Below the pieces are notes generated by a model. The model made no database searches. It was not told the DNA's origin and saw only the letters and a list, made by a program, of their open reading frames with translations. From the human T2T-CHM13v2.0 reference genome, Homo sapiens: a stretch of DNA of 64,000 nt. Position 1 is the first letter of the stretch. Each line of letters opens with the position of its first letter. Both the position numbers and the translations under genes were made by a program. The DNA is taken from the NCBI RefSeq assembly GCF_009914755.1, contig NC_060934.1; one strand, given 5' to 3'. This document shows, piece by piece, positions 56,495-64,000 of this stretch.

Positions 56495-57397
56495 CAGCCA
56501 ATGGGTGTTTATGCACCCTCCAAATCCCTATGCTGAAGTCCTAACTCCCAATGTGATTGTTACAGGAAAGTGGTCCCTATACAGACTCCAAGAGAGGGTT
56601 CTTCGATCTTGTGCAAGAAAGAAGTCAGTGTGAGTCCATAGAGTAAAGTGAATGCAAGTTTATTAGGAAAGTAAAGGAGAAAAGAATGGCTACTCCATAG
56701 ACAGAGCAGCCCCAAGGGCTGCTGATTGCCCATTTTTATGGTTATTTCTTGATGATATGCTAAACAAGGGGTGGATTATTCATGCCTCCCCTTTTTAGAC
56801 CATATACAGTAACTTCCTGACGTTATCATGGCATTTGTAAACTGTCATGGCGCTGGTGGGAGTGTAGCAGTGAGGACAACTAGAGGTCACTCTCATCACC
56901 GTCTTGGTTTTGGTGGATTTTGGCTGGCCTCTTTACTGCGACCTGTTTTATCAGCAAGGTCTTTATGACCTGTGTCTTATGCGGACTTAGGCAGACTTCC
57001 TATCTCATCCTGTGACTTAGAATGCCTTAACTGTCTGGGAATGCAACCCAGTAGGTCTCAGCTTCATTTTACCCAGCCCCTATTCAAGATGGAGTTGCTG
57101 TGGTTCATACACCTCTGGCATGATGAAAACAGGTGGGACCTTTGGGAAATGGCTAGGCCAGGGGACTGAAGCCCTCATCATGGGATTAGTGCCCTTATAA
57201 AAAGAACCCAGAAAGCTTGTTCTGTCTCTTCCACATGAGGACAACGGCAAACCAGGAAGCAGGCCCTCCACAGAGCCGAATTTGCTGGCACCTTGATCTT
57301 GACTTCCAGCCTCCAGCACTGTGTGAAATAGATGTCTGTTGTTTAAACCTCCCACTCCTTGATAATTTGTTATAATCAGCCAGAGTTGACTAGGACA
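56495..57397 (+). mobile_element. MLT1A0-like LTR split by MER41A
   Basis: ccctccaaatccctatgctgaagtcctaactcccaatgtgat | tgatgaaaacaggtggg...gactaggaca. Confidence 0.75.
56558..57120 (-). mobile_element. MER41A-type solo LTR (lacks the GAS block)
   Basis: tgttacaggaaag...acacctctggca; TSD TGAT; ggattattcatg joined directly to cctcccctttttagacc. Confidence 0.85.
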
Positions 57398-57572
57398 ATG
57401 GGTATTTATTGAGAATACTTTTCTGCGTTCCTACGAATTTGGAATTTTAGAAAAGGATCTCAAGGGACATCGAAAGGAAAAGAATTGACACTAAGATATT
57501 TGTTCTATAGAACATCATGCAAATATCAATCCCCTGTTCTCCTTCCCAATTCCAACTCTGGGGCTGTGAAAA

Positions 57573-58101
57573 TGATACTGGTGGGCTAGGGGAGGTCCCC
57601 AAATGCTGGTGGGACCTTGACGCCAGCTGGTGACCAGGCTCTCGATACTGTTGAGAGAAGGAATTCAAGGATGAGTCGGAAAATAGTGCACACTCAAGAA
57701 GAGTGAGTGCGGGTGGACTCAAGAGAGAGTCATGCAGTGTTTGGGGCTGCTACCTTTATGGGTTTTTTAAACCAAGGGGTGGAATATTCATGAAAATTCC
57801 CAGAAAAAAAGATGGCAATTTCTCAGAATTGTGGTGCCACCCATTTTTACACTAAATATGGGTGGTCTCAGGACTGTCACAGCGCTGGTGGATGTGTGAT
57901 TAGTATGCTAATGAGCATTTAATGAGGTCCTAGGTGAAACCTAGGTCAAATCCAACGCCATGTTGGGTCCAGTCAGTCTTAGCCAGCTTGGTCCACACTC
58001 TGGTGTTTCAGAGTCTTATCAGCCCATAGCCTCTAGTCATGTGAAACTGCTGCCTGGAATTTTTTATTCTCCTGTGACCACCCTGTATTATTCCTGTGTC
58101 A
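57573..58101 (-). mobile_element. MER66-like solo LTR (ERV1)
   Basis: Minus strand tgacacaggaataatacagggtggtcacaggagaat...gacctaggtttcacctaggacctc. Confidence 0.75.
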
Positions 58102-58760
58102 GAAACAGCAAGGAAAATGATCTGCACCTCAGTCTGATCTAATGGATCCAATCGCAGCTGGGTTATCAATGTCCAGGAGAAGGAGCCTCTGCCTTTTTCC
58201 AGGGGAGATTCTTTAGCAACAGGCTTTATTGCCATCACCAGCCCAACCGGAGTTAGCCCGAAAGTGACAATCCCTAAAGTTCTCAAACATTGAGCTTGGA
58301 CTTAGATGTTTACTCAAGACCAGAGAAACCTTCATTTACATCCTTACCTGGCCCTTTCCAGGGTCCCCTCTGCTGCAGGGTATTTGTCTAACAGTGCCCT
58401 CTACGCAAGACTGCATCAGGGCTGCACTTTCTGGACCTCTCCTTTCCTGTGGCTGTAACATGGTGGGTTTCTGCATGACCATGTCTGATAGTAATCCTCA
58501 ACAGGCTGACTGTCTTCCAAAAACCATACATGCACTCTGTTCAAAGATATGCCCTGACTCCTATGCTTCCTTTACATTATAACTCTACACAAATTTAAAT
58601 GTTTATATTACCTTTAAATTGCATCTCTAAACAGAGCTGCCTGATTTTTTCATTGTCCTTATATTTTTAATTCTGTTTTTTGAATTTAGATTCTGAAGTG
58701 TATTTTATTACCTAGAATACATATTAGTGGATTTTATGGTAATGTGTGTCCTCATGCTTT

Positions 58761-59384
58761 TGAAATAGAAGAAGAAATTATTTAGGCAGATAGGGTAAAG
58801 AAGTCCTCAGTGAGGTTTTCCTTTTAAAGAAAAGCAGTCCCAAATCATGTTCTTTTCTAACAAAGAGTAGCCAGTAAAATTGAGCTGAAGACAGAAAGGC
58901 AGGTTAGAAGGCTGCATAGGTGAATGCCGGCAGCTATGCCAATAGGAAAAGGCTACCTGGGACTAGGCTTGTTCAAAATGGTGGCTCCATCTTCTCTTCT
59001 CTTTGCCAGTCACGTGTACAGAAAGGGGCAGGCAACATGGCCCCCACCAGGCAATACCCCATTTGCATAATAAGATTAGGGTGGAGTGGCCAGCTTCCCT
59101 GCGCGTTATGTAAACATCGCACCTGGTCCAACCTATCTTTGGGCTCTGTGTAAATCAGACACCGCCTCCTCAAGCTTGTCTATAAAATCCGGTGCACTCC
59201 ACCACAAGCCAGAAGTCCCATTTGAGCACCCCTCTCTCTTGCAAGACAGAGAGCTACTCTCCTTTCTCTTTCTTTTGCCTATTACACCTCTGCTCCTAAA
59301 CCCACTTCTTGTGTACGCTTACTCGATTTCCTTGTCGTTAGATGACAAATCTCCAGTATTATCCCAGACAGTGACGCCGCTTCA
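58761..59384 (+). mobile_element. MER50-family solo LTR
   Basis: tgaaatagaagaagaaattatttaggcagatag...gacgccgcttca; TSD CTTT. Confidence 0.8.
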
Positions 59385-61699
59385 CTTTTAATCCTTAACA
59401 GCATGTATTAACAACCCCACATATTCTGATGTCCATGTGCTCTTTCCTGCCTGCCTGGTATATGACATCTTCCCACTGGCAGCTAAACCAAGGAACACCC
59501 ACGATTGTAACGACTGGTCCATACTCTTTGGTTGTAAGGAGATATCTTGGGCATGAGTCAATAAAACCTGAAACAAGGGAGGGAGATATTTTGGAAGAAA
59601 AAAATGTATTTCTTCCACTCATCTTTCTCAAATTGTGGTGGAGACAGGAGACAGGAGGGAAACTGCTCAACAAGTTGAGGAAACTAGTGAGGATTAGTGC
59701 TTGTTTGATATGTTCTCTGGTAGTTGGCATTTCACAGAAATGTTGGTGAGGGGTCATAGGGCAGTGCGTGTGCATGTGTGTGTGCATGTGTGTGTATCTG
59801 CTGTGAGGCTGACAGCCTTGGGTTTCCCAAAGGCTCAGAGGTAAAGTTAGGGCAGAATCCTAGCCAAAGAAACTACATCTATTGTGAAAGACACGTGACT
59901 GTGGATAGTTCCTGTGCACTAACAGATAAATTCCCCCTGAACCCTAGGAGATGCTTTCCAAAAAGTCAAGAAGGGACAGTCTTCACTTGACTGAATTTGA
60001 GAATTGTGGAATTAGACCTTGATCGGAGTGTAAAATAGAGAACAAAATATGATGCAGAGACAGATTGACTGAGAAATTGTTGGACTAGATAGAAGAAAAA
60101 TCTCAGAAGTGACTAAGTTACACTTTACACCAAGAGTAGAATTAGCCACTGAGAATCAAAAGTCAACTTGAGTTACAGAGATAAAGAAAGCAGTATCTCC
60201 AGAAACCTGAGTCTTGTCAATTATCATGACCATGAGAATGTATATGTCACTCACACATATAATCCATTGTAAGCTATTTAGTGTCATATTCCCCAAAATA
60301 TTACATAATCCATTGTAAACTATTTAGTGTCATATTAGTCAAAATAATGCCTCCAGCTTCCTGCCCCCCTAGTATGAATGAGGTTGATGGAATATTGACT
60401 CTATTTTCAATCACTTAAAGAGCATTGATGTTAGTGCTGTTTAGACACCGACTTCATTGTCTACTGCATTTATATCACCTCTGATTCTTTCTGGTAGATG
60501 ATAATTCTGAGTTTAAGTGTGGAGGAAAGAAATGCTTATTGACATAGGTTCATCTTCTAAACATCAGCTGTGAAAGGAGATAACAAGTCATTTTATATGC
60601 TTGTAAGCAAATACGCATTTAATTTCCTTACCCATTAAGGATTCTCAAATCACCATATAGATTGTCTTTCCGAGTAGATAAAAACACCCAGAGACAAGGA
60701 GGCTGGATGTGTTTTAGTGGGTCTGAGTGATGCTAGGGGGCCATAAGGACCGACTACTATGGCAAGCATGGTTTTAAAATGGACCTGGATATGCTTGTCT
60801 TGTGTAAAAGGACTTTTATTTACTGAGTTCCAAAAGAGAAATGAGTGTGGGGTGAGAGCGAGAGAGAACATGAGAGAGAGAAAATAGAAGGGAGGGAAAA
60901 AAAATCCAACTTAATACATCAAAGACTGCTTGTAAAAAAATCCAACTTGATACATCAAAGTAGAAGAACTGACCTTAAGAATCATTGCATCCTTTGGCAA
61001 GGGACGATGAGGCTGAATTGTCTCCAACTGGTGTCTGATGAGGGAATAAGATAATCAGACAAGCAAAAAAACTTCATCCTTTTTAAGGCTTTAGATTAAA
61101 AGCCTTAAATATTCTTCTCAAATATTGCCACGTCAATTGTTTACCTAAATCTGAAATATTTGCTAATTATAAATACTTTAAGACAATGTTTAAAAATCTT
61201 TCTGATTTTGAATATCTTTGTCCTGCTTGTCCAGAGCCTTTGAAATATCTGTTTCACAAGTAAAGCAATTTTACCCCCACCCTACTCACCCTAGATGAAT
61301 GCCTGATCATCTTTCTGTTAAAGTGTAGTCCCCTGCACATGGATGCTCTTACCAGAACACCAGTGCTGTCATTTACATTCCATGAGGAACCCAGGAATTT
61401 AACCAAGCCTTCGCGGAGGCTCTGAAGCCAGCCCTACCATTTCTGTATTCATTTATTTGTTTACATCACAACTGAATTCTAATTATTATCATTATTTATT
61501 TCCCTTTTCCTCATCTTTCTTTGATAATGTGTGAAGCCAAGGATAGGCAGGAACCCCAAGTTCTCTCTCTCCTGGGATTGTCACAAAATTCCCCCTCTCC
61601 CCATCGCATCTATTTTTTGTTTGTTTTCTTTTCTTCCCAAAGAGGGAAAAATACCATGGGCTTTAGAGGAATCATCGCTCACTGTGGGAACCTTGCCCC

Positions 61700-62000
61700 C
61701 TCCCCAAGCCACCCCACTGTGCCCATAAACGTGCTGCCTGTAACCAATTGTTCCTGTTGAATAACAATGCGAGCTGAGGGGCTTTTTCTGCCTGAGCTGC
61801 AAATAGATTAGGCTGCTCCCTTTTATGTGTGCAAAGACATTACCCAGAAGCCCCCAGGATGCCATTATCAGCCGCCAACAGATGGAGCCTATCTGCGCGC
61901 TGTCAATCATCCCCCACCTGTGGATCGCGCAGCCCAGCCAAAAAATTAATTGCTTAGAAATATAAAATCGGTGGACTCAGATCGGAAAGGATTAGGAGAA
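61700..62000. promoter_or_regulatory. Candidate conserved developmental enhancer
   Basis: Non-repeat DNA with retained CpGs; CTGTCAATCA (PBX-MEIS/PREP), AACAGATGG, AACAATG, CCCATAAA, AATTAATT. Confidence 0.4.
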
Positions 62001-63204
62001 AAAAGGTTAAGCGAGGGGAAGAAGCCGTGCTGTGCCAGAGAACCTTATCAACGTCGGCCTATCTAAGAGTCTGACGTACTCAGCGTTTGATTTGGTTTTC
62101 AAATACAGGAAGGACAGCAGGATTAGAACTAGAAATGTCTGGGAAGAAAAAGAAAAGGCAATTCACAAGAAGCAATAATGCCCATTGCTTCAGATTGGGT
62201 CATTCACATGTGTTATGAAGAAAACAGAAAATTTGTTTTCTCTCTTTTTTATTTTTTGCTAGTGCAATTTCACATTTAATTTATATGGCTTTATTCATTC
62301 TTCATTTATTTCATTTGCCATATTTTTTGGTGCCAGCAGGGAGACTTTGTTCTGTTTTCCACAATGGTTGTATGGGACTATTTTTATAATTCATATTTTC
62401 TTGTTTCCCTTACAGGGTTGTTTAAAAAAAAAAAAAAAAACAGAAAATAGTAGTTCTGATTCCAATCTGTCTAAGCCAAACAGTTTAACAAGGGATGATT
62501 TTTCCTCATAGTGTGACCTTTACTCCTTTATTTTTTAAAATTTCAGTTACCTGCAAAATGAAGCTAAAAATGATTGCCAAGATCTCTTCCAGCTCTTAAA
62601 ATGCAAGACTCTAAAAATCAGTTTCCAAAGGTATTTAGAAATGACTTAGACAAGATATCTGGAATATGGAAATAAGGGAGATACGGAAAGCAGAATCGCT
62701 AAAAGGATTATGTGTTGCATTATCAAACGTAGCACTCCTTTTTTGGAAATTTCTCTGATGGAATAACAAAAATCATTATTACCAAGGTCGTACTGAGAGG
62801 CATCAATAGCTTTAGTAATTTTGATGTAGTTGGTGCTGTCATTACTAACTTGTTAAAATTAAATACAATTTTTGTTAATGTTTTCCTTTATTTTAGTTTT
62901 AAAACAAATGTATCCTCAACTCCAGCATAGCAAAGCAGTGCATATTCTAGATCTGAATTGAAATAACCAGTTTATCTTTTCAAACAGACACTTAGGGGCA
63001 ATTTAATTCAATTAAGAATGAATTAATTCAACAAACTTTTATCATATGTCAACTTCTAGCATATGCTGGAAATAAAATATTCTGTCTTTCCTTAAGGTAT
63101 TTAAAATCTAGTAGGAGTTAGAATAAAAACAATTGCATGACTAAAAATGATTTAAAAATGCATTTAATTGTTATACATCTAATATACTGATGTTCAAAAT
63201 AACC

Positions 63205-63350
63205 CTGCAAAGCATCACGATTATTCTGTTTTACACAAGAAAACATTGAGTTCAGTGAGGTTAGGTGGCTTGTCCAAAGCCAAACAGGCTGGCAATGTCA
63301 GGGCTTCACTTTGAGTTCAGATCTCTCTACACTGCACCCTATCTATAACA
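63205..63350 (-). mobile_element. MIR fragment
   Basis: ttttacacaagaaaacattgag.ttcagtgaggttaggtggcttgtccaa. Confidence 0.6.
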
Positions 63351-63422
63351 CTAGGTAATACATTATTATTTTTATAGGAGAGATATAAAATGGAGTTCAG
63401 AGATGTGGTAAAGATCAGTGCT

Positions 63423-63704
63423 GGCCAGGTGTGGTGGCTCACACCTGTAATCCCAACACTTGGGAGCCGAGGCAGGCGGATCACTTGAGGTCAGGAGTTC
63501 AAGACCAGCCTGACTAACATGGTGAAGCCCCATCTCTACAAAAAATTAATGGGGTGTGGTGGTTTATGCCTGTAGTTCCAGCTACTCAGGAGGCTGAGGC
63601 ACAAGAATCACTTGACCCTGGGAGGCCAGAGCTTGCAGTGAGCTGAGATCACCTGGTCAATCAAGTGAAACTCCATCTCAAAAATAAAAATAAATAAAAA
63701 TAAA
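63423..63704 (+). mobile_element. AluS with a deletion near its 3' end
   Basis: Alu arms and (TAAA)n tail. Confidence 0.88.
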
Positions 63705-63762
63705 TCGGTGCTGAAAACATTTTAAGGAGGAATGTAGTTGACTTTAAGAAGCTATGTAAATC

Positions 63763-63928
63763 GGCCGGGTGCGGTGGCTCATGCCTGTAATCCCAGCACT
63801 TTCGGAGGCCGAGGCGGGTGGATCTCGAGGTCAGGAGATTGAGACCATCCTGGCTAACATGGTGAAACCCCGTCCCTACTAAAAAAATACACACACACAC
63901 ACAAAAATGAGCCAGGCGTGGTGGCGGG
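63763..63928 (+). mobile_element. AluY/Sc8-type 5' part, interrupted by an LTR7-family LTR
   Basis: gaggtcaggagattgagaccatcctggctaac; (CA)n in the linker; stops at gtggcggg. Confidence 0.88.
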
Positions 63929-64000
63929 TTTCACTCGAGTCCATGTGAAGAGACCACCAAACAGGCTTTGTGTGAGCAACATGGCTGTTTATTTCACCTG
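63929..64000 (-). mobile_element. R/U5 end of a second HERV-H LTR (LTR7 family), continuing beyond the window
   Basis: Reverse complement reads caggtgaaataaacagccatgttgctcacacaaagcctgtttggtggtctcttcacatggactcgagtgaaa. Confidence 0.93.

Noticed and set aside
59395-61910. ORFs of 70-130 aa in the unique right-hand region
   Set aside because: No recognisable domains, many have non-ATG starts, and I see no supporting exon structure. Small exons cannot be excluded without transcript data.

Overview
This is primate (most likely human or great ape) genomic DNA made up almost entirely of interspersed repeats, with no host protein-coding exon, RNA gene or CRISPR-like array that I can support. The long ORFs in the track come from repeats or low-complexity sequence. 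Main elements: (1) a 6.5-kb two-LTR HERV-H provirus (11234-17740, +, TSD AGAAT, PBS-His, decayed gag/pro/pol, env mostly deleted) inserted in an old L1; (2) a near full-length Tigger1; (3) solo LTRs of LTR12C, MLT2A1, MER41A, MER66, MER50 (x2), MER31 and about 12 MaLR (THE1/MST/MLT1); (4) a piggyBac MITE (MER75), a MADE1 and about 25 Alus; (5) the end of a second, oppositely oriented HERV-H LTR inserted into an AluY-type element at the right edge. I did not find a new biological system. The best leads are a twin-primed (5'-inverted) Alu carrying a nested Alu, two short templated copies of sequence lying 0.7-1 kb upstream, a strong CTCF motif 3 kb downstream of HERV-H, tandem STAT/GAS sites in MER66 next to a GAS-less MER41A, (GGAA)15 and (GAA)13+20 tracts, and a motif-dense candidate developmental enhancer near 61.7-62.0 kb. 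Family and subfamily names come from recalled consensus sequences compared by eye, not from a database search. Boundaries of old elements are approximate.
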